Part shown: positions 1-11,356 of the stretch, one piece after another
How the letters are laid out: the number at the start of each line of letters is the position of its first letter
How positions within the stretch are numbered: position 1 is the first letter of the stretch
From: Ministeria vibrans ATCC 50519
Taxonomy: Eukaryota > Protista > Filasterea
Direction of reading: 5' to 3'
DNA: 64,000 nt
Assembly: GCA_943704425.1 (NCBI GenBank)
Contig: CALSCP010000883.1
Span: 1 to 64,000 of the forward strand
Position numbers and translations under genes: made by a program
Notes under the pieces: generated by a model
The model's database searches: none
What the model saw: the letters and a program-made list of their open reading frames with translations, nothing else
Told to the model about the DNA's origin: nothing

Positions 1-2
1 AG

Positions 3-90
<88 letters not shown>

Positions 91-92
91 CA
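1..92. repeat. (CA)n microsatellite in a PrimPol intron
   Basis: Visible directly. Confidence 0.95.
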
Positions 93-424
93 CCTGCGAG
101 GCCCACCCACGACACTCGGGATCATAGCACTTCTGCCGCCACAGCCCCCCGACCACATCCACTACGTACACCACATGATTGCTCTTGTGCCATCGCCCAA
201 TCCGCCGACAAAATCGGTTTCCCCCAATCTCGTACAACACAGTTTTGCCTAAACACAAATAAAATTGTAAATTCTACCAGAACCACAAGCATGACAACAA
301 TTTCGTTCACTCAAAAATATTTATACCGATAATCAGGGAAAAGGGTCAACAAGATATATGAGAAGACGAAAAACTCAATAATAATCATAATAATAATAAT
401 AATAATTTAATAATAATAATAATG

Positions 425-456
<32 letters not shown>

Positions 457-560
457 TATTATTATTATTATTATTATTACTGTTATTGATTATTACTGTT
501 AACTAGTAAGTTTATTAATTAATTAATTGCAAAACACAAACACAAACACATTCTAGTAAA

Positions 561-591
<31 letters not shown>

Positions 592-2590
592 TATTATTAT
601 TATTATAATTACCTTCGGCAAAGTAAGACCACCTTCGAATAAAGCCAGTGGACTGCAAAACACTCCGCTCATTCGTCGAATTGACCAGTCGCACAATAAA
701 CTGATCAATAAGAGGGAAAGGAGACTCACTGGACAGTCCACTCTGAACAGTCTCGTTTCCTAATCATTCTTATCAGTCACGCACTCGTTTTGTTGTTGTG
801 GCTTTACTTTGAACGGTCTTTTCCCTTTCTTTAAGTGGAATGAGCGAATCGCTCACATTTGGTCCTTTGACTATTTGCAACACTCTCACAGAATCAGAAT
901 ACCTAAGGCAGTTGCAAAGATTGAGAATTTAGGAATATTGGAACTGTTGCTTACTTGACATTTGCAACGAGAGAACTCATAAAGAATGCACAGTCGTCCG
1001 ATAAGTCTTTCAAGGAGCGCATTTCGCGTTTGGGGCGAAACTGATTGAGAGGGGATACACTCAACATTGTGCGTTTGTGCAGTTTGCGCGAGAAAAGTAG
1101 TCTGAAATTGCGATTGCGCGAATAGACTGAAAGGTCGACAAAGAGAGACCATTCCGAGTCGGATGAGCGCACACTCAGGGAAGGGACTGTCGCAGGACTG
1201 TTTTGGTGGGCGCTCAGTAACTCAGACACAATCGTTCGCACAAATGATCCTAATTCGATTTGTTACCACCCCCCCGTTTTTATCTGTTTTTTTTTTTTCT
1301 TTTTTTTCTCTCATACCGACATGTGCGTTTGATTGAAAGACGATCGGGCCGGGAATGCGAAGGATCAAATGGCGGGAGAATTTGGTGTCTGACGAGGAGT
1401 CCAAGTGGAGGAAATGCGTGAGATCGACTTCGATTTGGTATTGAGAGTGTAAACGACGCATGATGGCCGATTGAACGACCAACACGAGTGAGTCTCCGTC
1501 GACCGTTGGATTGAGTGCCAGTGCATATTCAAGATCAAGGTACAAATGACACAGGGCGCCTGGAATGGTGATGATAAATGCAATTCAGAAAGTGATGGAG
1601 AGAGAAAAATAGAGAACCACAGCCAGAGAGAGGCAAAAAAAAACAAAGTGAGATAGGCCCAAAGAGATACAAGATAGAACCAGAGTGATACAGAGTGAGA
1701 GAAACCCAAAGTGATACAAATAGAATCATAGTGATATAAAGTGAGAGAGATGCAAAGTGATACAAATAGAACCAGAGTGATATAAAGTGAGAGAGACCCA
1801 AAGAGATACAAGATAGAACCAGAGTGATACAGAGTGAGAGAAACCCAAAGTGATACAAATAGAACCATAGTGATATAAAGTGAGAGAGATGCAAAGTGAT
1901 ACAAATAGAACCAGAGTGATATAAAGTGAGAGAGACCCAAAGAGATAAAAATATAACCAGAGTGATACAGAGTGAGAGAGACCCAAAGTGACACAAAATA
2001 GAACCAGAGTGATATAAGTGCCCAAAGTGATACAAGATAGAACCAGAGAGATACAAAGTGAGAGAGATGCAAAGTGATACAAATAGAACCAGAGTGATAT
2101 AAAGTGAGAGAGTCCCAACGTTAGAGAGAACCAAAGTGACACAATATAGAATCACAGTGATACAGAGTAAGAGAGAAACAAAGTGATGCAAAACCAAAGT
2201 GATACACAGTGAGATACCTTCCGGGATGATCTCATAGAAATGGCGCTCTTGGAGTGGAATGAGACAGTAGCGTGTCCAGAAATCGTCGTAGGTCGAGACC
2301 ACGTAGCGCCGCTTGCCTCCTTCGTCGCCAGGCCGCTCCACAGAGAACACATGGACATTCTACAATGCACGAAAGTGAGGCCAGCACAGCCAACGAGTGG
2401 CAATGGTGCATACTTGATGTCGCGTTTTCGCGAACTGAAACGCCATCTCTTGTCGCGGAAATTCTCGCCACACCGACACAACAGGGAGCGCTCGAGGTGT
2501 CACAGAGGGCATGGCACTCTCATCCATGATGGCTGTTGCGTCATTCTCGAGCTTCTTCAACGAGGCGAGCCACAACAGATGTTGTCTAAA

Positions 2591-2631
<41 letters not shown>

Positions 2632-2752
2632 CGTCACCAAACAAAGAGATGAAGAAAGAAGGTTCGTACTCAGCCTCCCGATCGGACGCACTCAAGCGAC
2701 TGCGTCCCCCATAGAAAGATCCTGGTCCAATCTCCGAGTAGCGGCGCTTCAT
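93..2752 (-). CDS. PRIMPOL: PrimPol-like primase-polymerase (AEP domain + C-terminal Zn finger), multi-exon, 3' end runs off the window start
   Basis: Exons encode RRYVVSTY..HFYEIIPEG, PCHLYLDLE (DxE), KFSRHL and FVDLSVYSRNRNFRL. Manually translated exons at ~612-900 (SPFPLIDQFI..GFIRRWSYF) and ~93-249 (RFCRRIGRWHKSNH..RQKCYDPEC) match the PrimPol C-H-C-C zinc finger. Confidence 0.92.
378..610. repeat. (AAT)n/(ATT)n low-complexity tract
   Basis: Visible directly; similar tracts at ~30030-30210 and ~37920-37980. Confidence 0.9.
1640..2215. repeat. Degenerate minisatellite (alternating ~20-bp units such as gtgatacaaatagaaccaga / gtgatataaagtgagagaga) filling a PrimPol intron
   Basis: Tandem units visible; they generate the spurious hydrophobic repetitive ORFs at 1365-2142. 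Confidence 0.9.
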
Positions 2753-2885
2753 GCACACGCACAAAAGGAATTGATATTAATTAATCGTTATTCATCGGTT
2801 TGAGAATTAATAGTAGAGAAAAAATTATTTCTTGTACAAAGCAAATGTGTTGTGTAAACTCGGCCAGAGTCACTTATGGACGGGT

Positions 2886-3624
2886 TCAAACTTGCTCCAA
2901 CTCGACAAGGACACCATTGCAGTCGGCAGGGTGCAGAAATACAACGGGCTTTCCGTGTGCGCCTGCAAGAACACACAACAACAACGCACTTAAACACCCG
3001 CGCAACTCAATCATGACTGGCCATTACCGATCTTGGGCTCCGCCGTAAGAGGACGAATCTTTTTCGCTCGCACATCCTCAATAGCCGAATGGATGTTGTC
3101 CACTTCGAGGCAAATGTGATGCATCCCCCCTGCAGGATGCTTCGCTAAGAAGCCGGCAATCGGACTCTTCTCGCCCAGGGGATGCAGCAGCTCCAGCTTG
3201 GTGTTGTCCAGCTCAATAAAGACAGTGGTCACACCGTGTTCAGGGAGATCCTACAGGTCGAGAGTGAGCGGGATGGACCAAAGTCGCCTGGCTCGTCACG
3301 TCTGTACCTGGGGAGCACTCACAGTCGCGCCGAGTGCGTCTCTGTAGAACGACGTCGCTTTCTCAAGGTCTGGCACCGCAATAGCAACATGATTCAATCG
3401 ACCAACACGCCATGGAGGTAACGTGGCCTACAAACACAGAACGGAGAGAGGAGAGAGAGAGAGAGAGTGACAGAGAGAGAGAGAGAGAGAGACGTGTGAA
3501 CAGAAAAATTGTGTATGTGTGTGGTGGGAAGAGAATAAAAGGCAAGGTTCTTCCTCGCATCCCATACCATGGTTCGAGAGCATTGAGAGCGCGACACGGA
3601 TAGAGCAAGTCGTTGAAGGAACAT
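2886..3624 (-). CDS. MCEE: Methylmalonyl-CoA epimerase (mitochondrial), multi-exon
   Basis: GRLNHVAIAVPDL, HGVTTVFIELDNTKLELLHPLG, GGMHHICLEVD, KIGAHGKPVVFLHP..GVLVELEQ. Confidence 0.95.
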
Positions 3625-3707
3625 GATTAAAAAAGACTTATTTGAATATTTTTAATAAATTATTTGCGCTCCACTTTTTTCTTTCACTGCACTCACCGTC
3701 GGGGGGA

Positions 3708-6700
3708 ATGTCCTCTGAACCTGTACACGACAGCACATACGACATATCAACTGATGCCATCACCCTCTCATAATATTTTTTTTCGGTTTGTTTTGATTGC
3801 AGTTTCACGAAGCGTCCGTCGCAGGCGATGTTGATGCTCTGAGGCGGATGTTTGCTGCGACGCCAGGTAAGAACGTGTGGGGAGTTGCCCTGTCGACTAA
3901 CTGTTCTGCTCTTTCTCCGTTGCATCCTCTCGCAAAGGCGTTTTGGACTCGCGAAGTGAAAAAGAACAACTGACGGCTTTTCATTGTGCCGCTCGAGTCG
4001 GACAAATGGCTTCGCTTCGCTGGCTTTCCTCTGTTGGAGCAAACCACATGGCGACGAGTCGAAACGACGGAACTCCGTTTCATTTCGCGGTGCGATACGG
4101 ATTTTTGGATGCGGTTCGCTTCTTTGTCGAGACTTACGGCGAAGGTTCGATCGCACTTTCTCCCTTTCTCCCCCTCTCTCCTCCTCCTCCTCCGCCGCCC
4201 CCTTCTCTTGTTTTGCGTGGATTTACGTTCCGTTCTTAGCTATTACTCGTACGGCTGATCTGAACGGCTGGACTGCGCTTCATTATGCCGCGTGGCAAAA
4301 TCACTACAATATTGCGGCGTACCTTCTTGAGCAAGGCGCAGATCACACTGCCAAAACACAGGGGGGTGCAAGTCCTTTCAATCGTGCCGCATGGAATGGC
4401 CGCCTTCACATTCTTCGTCTCATGTTGAACACACGAGGAAATGGTCTCCTTCAAAAACACACACACTCAAACAAAATAATAATAATATAATTATTCCTTT
4501 TCTTCTGTCACAGGAATGGTGAACCGAAAAAACAACCAGGGTGACACGCCACTGCACGATGCGGCAAGTCGAGGCCACATTGACATTGTGCAGTGCCTTG
4601 TTGGCGAAGCAGGCGCTGACACGACCATCCGGAACAACAAAGGACAAACCCCACTTGATTGCGCGCTCTCAAACTCGTCTGAAGGAAATGAAAAAGTCGT
4701 GTCCTTTTTACGCGTAACAGAAAAAAAAAAAAAAAAAGTCTCTGTATTAAATCGTCATTGCTTGAATCCTTGTAATTTAGAGTGTGTACCAACCGCCGCT
4801 GATTAATCTTCCCCGTTCAATTTCTGAAGGTATTTTTTGACATAAATTTCTTTTCTAATTATATTTTGTATGTTTTGTGTCTGATCATGACTCAAATATC
4901 AGATGCAATTGCTGCGTACGAGGAATTGTTTCGACGTGCATCTGCACAGGGTCACGTGGAGTGCAGTCGTCTCAAGGTGCTTGTGCTGGGCCCCACACTC
5001 GCCGGCAAGACGTCGCTCGTTCGTGCACTCTGTGGCCGTCCCCTCCCAAACCGACTGGAGCGCTCCATTGCCACGCGTTTTGAGCGTGCACGCCTCGTCC
5101 GCAAAGAACAAGACCACCCGGGTCTTTTTGAGGCTGTGCCTCACGACGAACCCCAGCTGGCACGTGCATTTCACTCTCTTTCCCTGCAAGGCGCTCATCC
5201 CCCAGTCCCTCTCCCCTCCTCACCTACTCCCTCTCCCCCCAATACCATTGTCTTCCCTGTCGTCTCAGCCCACCCTCACACTGCCGAAGTTGCCGCTAGT
5301 GCCGCCGCCGCCGCCACCGCCACCACCACCACTACCACTACACCAACAGCATCAGCTACATCTGCTTCTCCTTCCGATCCCATCATGACCTCTATCCGTC
5401 ATCTCCTTCAGACCCAACTGCAAGATTCCAGCCCTCTTCTCGAATTCTTTGATTTCGCCGGTGAGCACAATATCCCATGTTTTGTTTTGTTTTATTTTTA
5501 TTTGAACCTTTATTCTATCGCGCGCAGGGGAAGAGTCCTTTTCTTGCCTTCACAACCTGTTTATGGGTCCCAACTCACTGTACATTCTTGTCATTGATCT
5601 CTCCGTTTTGCACAACGAACGCGATGCACTGCTTCAGTACGACGCACTGAGCCACTGGGCACGCACCATCAGCCACCAGCATCCACGCAACACCACCAAT
5701 CAAGCCAGCAGTGCGACATCGAGTGGCAATGTGACTGATGAGCGCCCCTTCCATGTGATGGTGGTGGCAACGCATGCGGATGTGTTCATTCATGATCCGA
5801 AGAGCCTTGACGAGTGTGCTCGCGCCGTGTTCAGCAGTGTACATGATGCGGTTGGTGCAGAACACTTTGTGTTCCCGCCGCCTTACGAGTCCCACTACCC
5901 CTTCTTTATGGTGGGCAGCACGACAGGCGCGGGTCTTGCCGATGTGAGCACCGCCATGCACTCTGTGGTGTGTCCTCGCCGACTGCCCCTCGCCTGGGTG
6001 TGTGTTCAAGACTTGCTGGGGCGACGCGCTCGTGAGGGTCTTGTGGACCTCACCGTTCCTGTACACCGCCTTGCGTCTGTCGTTCTCAACGTTGATCCTC
6101 TTATCACCATTGGCGACCTTGTCAGCGATGCGCGCGAGATCCGCGAAGGTCTTCTGCCGTACCTTGAGAGCACAGCGGACATTCTTATTAGCCGCCATGG
6201 GCTCCAGCGCGACCGTCACACCATCGATGAGAACGACACAGTCATCTTCAACGTCACCCAACTCATTCTTGCCATCGAGTTGCTCACTTCAGTTGTGCTC
6301 GCCTTTTGGAAGCGCACCAAGAGCACTCGTGCCGACAAGATGGCGCGTCTCGTTGAGCGTGCCGGTCGCCAACGCAACGGTTCGCTCGCAACCCGTCTCA
6401 TTACGGCTCTTTGTCGTGACGGCAACTCATCAGAGGAAGGATTCGATCCGCGAGTTGCCACCTGGCTTATCTGGAGCATCGACAACCTGGGTCGCAGCGA
6501 CGAGGCACTCAGTGACCAAGACCGTGATTTGCTTGCCGGCGCCAATGTGCCCGACCCAGAACGTTTTCTCGGGGTACTCGCCAGCCTGGGACTCGTGCAT
6601 GTCCACCAAAAACGCCTTCTTGTGCCCATGCTACTACCTGAGACCGCCGAATTTGTCACTTCACCCCATGCACGTCCCGTCCGTCTCTTCCTCTACCAGG

Positions 6701-8191
6701 TGGACCGTGCCACCGAGAGCATTCTGCCCGTGTCGCTCGCCACCTTTCACAGCATGCTTGTCGAGCTGTGGCGTCTCTCCGGTGACGTTGCAGTGCTCAG
6801 TGCGACCCAACGATGCAGCAACGTCTTCTCTTTTGAGAATCTTTTCGATTTTCGCATCCAGCTTAATCGTGGCGAACCCTTTGTGCGTCTCGAAATGCTC
6901 CAGGACCACTCACCCGCTCGCATTTACCGCACTTGGATGTTCCTTATCGGCATCTGCAAAAAGACCGAGCATCTTCAGTGGGGCTGGCGCGGGGAGGCAT
7001 GCGTTGTGCCTTCGTCTCAGTATGAGCTGGACAAGCCGCTGTTTGACGACCCTGTGAGCGTTGCGGCCGCTCCGGCCAAGTACCGTACGTACCAAGCTGT
7101 TCACGTGCGATGCATGCATAAGGCACAGAGTGGATCGCCCCTGTGCAATGCTCAGGTTGAGCTCTGGTGGACCAATCCGATCAGTAAGACTACAAAGTAT
7201 ATAGTAGATGTGCAGGAGTGAGTGAACTGGGGCTCTAGCTAGCTTGTTTGTTTTGTGAAAAATTAATAATAATATTATTATACTAAAGTGACATTGGACG
7301 GTCACATTGAAGTCACATCATTGTCGTGTGACATTGTGACTCAACGCTATTTTGACTATTGTAGATCAGTCGTTGTCGGTCGACCATGACAAGTACTACT
7401 TCCGCAAGTGTGTGTTGATTGTGGCCATGAGTAAGTATGCAAGCTCCGAAAATAGCGTGCTGTCGTCGTATTGCGATTTACCGGCCGCGGATGCGAGTGC
7501 GAGCCGCCTTGCACAGATGTGGATGGATCGGGGCTTTACGGTGTATGTGGTGAACGATGTGGTGACGGGGACGGTGACGCGTGAGACCATTGTTAACGGT
7601 GCGCGACAGCTGCGAGACACACTGGAACAGGGCATTGGCCCCGAACAACTGCTGGTCGTGCATCTGATTGGGCACGGTGCAAGTGGCAGTGTGGGTGGAC
7701 TGATTCTGAGCGATGCGCACGTTGACAAGGATAGCTGTGTGTCGAGCTTTGACTTGCAATCGCTAGGGGCTGTGCTGCGTGCCGACGTGGGATGGCCCGG
7801 TCGCAATGTGTTGGTCGTCTGTGACTTTTGCAATGCGGGCTCGCAAGTGTCCGTTGCAGGCGACATGACCATGTCCAGTGGTGAGGTGCCCGAGGTGGGT
7901 CGCTATGCGCTGCAAGTAATCACCAGCTCGCTCTCCTACGCCAATGCGTATCTCACGACGGACCAGAAGCTGACGCAAATGACAAGTCTGCTCTACCGCG
8001 CGCTTGGGCCGGAACAGGCTGCCTTTGGTGCGCACGAGCAAGTGATAACGGCTGTCAAGCTGCGCCAGTGGCTTCGCTCCCTTGATGTGAAGGATACCAT
8101 TCAGGGGTTTCTCATTGCTCGCATCTGGAAGGATTGGGAGTTGGTCAATACCGGCGAGATTCTTTTTTTTCGAAATGACACGAATAAATAA
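3708..8191 (+). CDS. Ankyrin repeats - Roc GTPase - COR - caspase-like (peptidase C14) protein
   Basis: About 6 ankyrin repeats ([41 protein letters not shown]). P-loop [16 protein letters not shown] at ~4974-5015, DFAG|EE across intron 5461-5527, VVATHAD, then COR-like motifs. Intron 7184-7364 (GTAAGA..TTGTAG, phase 1) joins in frame to a domain with HLIGHG and CDFCN. Confidence 0.85.
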
Positions 8192-8549
8192 TAAAAATAG
8201 TTATATTTATTATCTTCTTGGGGGTAGCCCATGGCGGAAGTGCAGTCAAGCGCTGGATTGGTTATTACCCAATTAGTCAATTACTATTAATTTCATTGTA
8301 TTACAATAATTATATCTTTTCATTTTTCTACTTGTGCTTCTTTGGTGACTGCACAGTGAAAATAATGGTAATAACCAGTATTGACTCTTGAGCATTCTGT
8401 GTATCCGCTGGTTGTCAAAGCTGAGTGAAAGCTCTCATAACTTTGAAAACTTTTGTGTTGAATAATATTATTATAAAATATTCTCTATTTTTTTATATCT
8501 ATCGACTTTCAGTCTTTTCACAGTCCTCACTAGGATCAACTCTAAGAGC

Positions 8550-9110
8550 ATGTCTGATCTCAACATCACCCTCGAATTCAGGTCAGATTGTCTCTTACCA
8601 CTTGATGCTTTTCCGAGACTCACATTCATCTTTCTCTCTTCTCTCCCTCTCTCTGTCTGTCTCTCTACGTGTCTCTTTCTCACCAACACAGTGGCGGTGC
8701 TGAACTTCTTGTTGGCAACCAACGCAAGCACGAGCTGAAACTTGCAGCAAATGCGGAGGGAGCATCGTGGAATGTTTCACAGGTCTGTCCTCTCTCTCTC
8801 TTGTGCCTCGTTGTTCGTCTCCTGTCCTTCTCTCACTGCTTTGTTTTCGTCAGCTTCTTGCGTATGTCAAGGAAACGGTGGTTACCGAACGGCCCGAACT
8901 CTTAATTCAAGGAACAACTGTGTAAGAGCAGTGCAGAGAATGCAATCTGTCGACCCTTTCTCTCTCTCACTCTGCTCTGCGCACGCTTTTAGACGACCGG
9001 GCATTCTTGTCCTTGTCAACGACACCGACTGGGAACTACTCGGCGAAGGCGACTACGAACTCCAAGAGGGCGACACCGTCGTATTCATTTCGACGCTCCA
9101 TGGCGGCTGA
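8550..9110 (+). CDS. URM1: Ubiquitin-related modifier 1
   Basis: [42 protein letters not shown]. Confidence 0.97.
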
Positions 9111-9266
9111 GTCTGCGTGCGAGACGTACAACGAAATATTGTAGAGTACACACATTTGTAGACAAGTAGCAATAAGGTGTAAGATATACAAACAATAACA
9201 ATACTAATACTTTAAAAAAAAAAACAATACTAATACTTTTATTATACAATAATAATAATATTTTTA

Positions 9267-10638
9267 TTACACTATTAAACCGGCATTGACAATCTCGTGA
9301 TCGGGCGCGTTACGAAGACGTCTCAAGGAAGGAGGACTGTCGTCGTCGGGGCCGCGCACGTAGTTGGGCAGGTCAAAGACGGGTAATGACTGTCGCGAGT
9401 GGAAGGAGGCGCTTGCGACAGACTGTCGGGCAAACGAGTACTCGCTTGAGTCTTGCGGTAGCGGTGGGAAGTGCCCGTCGACGGGTGGTGGAGCTGCCCA
9501 GGCACGAGGGAGTGCGGCCAGAGAGGAGGCGGTGCTTGTGGCAGAGGACCGACCGGTGGTACGACGCGTGTGGCGTGTCTGAGGAGTGGAGTTGCGGTCG
9601 TAGCTGTTGTGACTGTCGCTGTCGTCGACAATGGTGAAGACGGGTTGGGCAAAGGGGGATTGGGCACGCGATGGCACGCCGAGCGGTACAATGCGCTCGT
9701 GCTGGTGCACCGAGATAGGCCGTGATGATGCTCGCGGAGACGTACTTCTGGAAAACAGACTAGACTTTCGTTGAAGCAATTGGGGATGGTGTGGGTCGAC
9801 AATGGTCGCAAATGCTTCGACGGATTTGCTCGCTCGTCTGCGTCGTTCTCGCTTCTTTCTGACGAGCAACAGCAAAATAATGCCAATCACAATCAGTGCT
9901 ACAACAACGCCAGCACCTACACCAGCACCTACAGTTTGCCAACAATAAATAATATTTTTGACAGTGAGTGAAACAACAATAAAAAATGAAAAAAATTAAT
10001 AATAATATAATAAAAGCTTGATGGTTACCAAGAGAGAGAGCAGCGGAACTAGACTGATTCGCAGTGTTTCCGTTGGTGGTGGCTCTTGAAGTGCATGTCG
10101 GACCCGAATAGGGTGGAACGCAGGTGCAGACAAAGTCGTCGGGGCTCGTGAGCGACGCATTACAAGTGGCGTTGTTTTGGCAGGGGGCCGACAAACACGG
10201 ATCCAGGACGGTCTCACAGACTTCTCCGGTGTGTCCCGCGGTGCACGAGCAATAGGCAGAGCCATCACGGGCCGCCTGGCACGCACGTGTGCCGCGTGGG
10301 TCGCAGGGAGACGAGAGACACGGGTCGGCAGGGAAACGACAGTCAGCGCCGGAAAACTCGGCGGGACACACACAACGAAAGCCCTGAAACACGTCGACGC
10401 ACTGAGCGCCGTTCTGGCACGGCGACGACATGCACTCGTTCAAGTTGAGCTCGCACTGGCGCCCAGTCACTCCAGTAATGCACTCGCACGAAAAAGTCTC
10501 GTCCGAACCTCCGTCTGAGCAGATGCCCGCATTGAGACATGGCTGCGACTCACAGGCCGTGCCAGAGGCGGGCAACAGACACTGGCCGAGCACGAGCAGA
10601 AGCGCGACAGACACGCGTACGGTCACTCTCTGTCGCAT
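9267..10638 (-). CDS. Single-pass membrane protein: signal peptide, 4 Notch-type EGF repeats, TM helix, Ser/Arg-rich cytoplasmic tail
   Basis: Hydrophobic N-terminus; CESQPCLNAGIC, LNECMSSPCQNGAQC, PCLSSPCDPRGTRAC, PCLSAPCQNNATC; TM ..IGIILLLLV followed by RKKRERRRR. Confidence 0.85.
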
Positions 10639-11356
10639 TCCACTCGAAAAAAAATACTTCAACTTATAGTCGACGAAAAATAGGGAGAGAGGCGGGGTGG
10701 AGACAAGGGCAAGCGGTCAACTGCAGCCTGGGTATACACTCGAAAATGGTACCCCTTAGGAAAGAAAAGTAAATGAGAAATAAATGGTTTGTTCTCGGTT
10801 CTGACTTGTGAGCTTATCGAAAGCTTTTCAATATTATCAAATAAATATTCTTCTTTTCTTCTTATCAATAATAAGTAATCATCTCTCCTCCTCCTAAATC
10901 TCTCAGTGTGGCTCGACTATCAATGCCTGCATTGTGGAAAAAAATGTGACTGTGTGCGCGCCCGAGAGTGCCTTAGCATTGAGTGGCACCAGCAAGTTCA
11001 TTCGCCGCATCGTCCTCATCACTCACTGCTGCACAGCCGCATCAGCAACGCCTCTGCCACTGCGTTGGAGGCGCTGCTTTGTCAGGAGAAGCTACCTCCC
11101 CCCCCCCNNNNNNNNNNNCGCAGCTGCATCCCCCCTCGAGAGGCAGGGGAGCGCGGTAGATGGCGACGCGAGCTGTCAAGGCTTTGCTTCGGAGGCCCTA
11201 CTCATCGCAAGCGACTACAAACAATTCGCTATTGCTTTGTTCTTGATGGAGTACACGCGCGTTGCCTCGGCAATCACGCGCAACGGCATCCACTGTTAAG
11301 CACGTTGAAAATGTAATGTGAATGTTCTCAGTCTTCATCTGTCAGTCTCTCACTCT

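Noticed and set aside
1365-2142. Long hydrophobic repetitive ORFs resembling membrane proteins
   Set aside because: They are translations of an intronic minisatellite in PrimPol.
1640-2215. CRISPR-like repeat array (also 36360-36605)
   Set aside because: Degenerate tandem units without unique spacers, inside eukaryotic introns, with no cas genes.
7352-8191. Stand-alone metacaspase gene (likewise 47947-48879)
   Set aside because: No convincing own start before the first domain strand; consensus acceptors splice in frame to the upstream COR exon in both paralogs.
10906-11316. Possible small gene on + spanning the gap at 11108-11118
   Set aside because: GC-rich and possibly coding, but no recognisable motif, and the frame cannot be fixed across the Ns.
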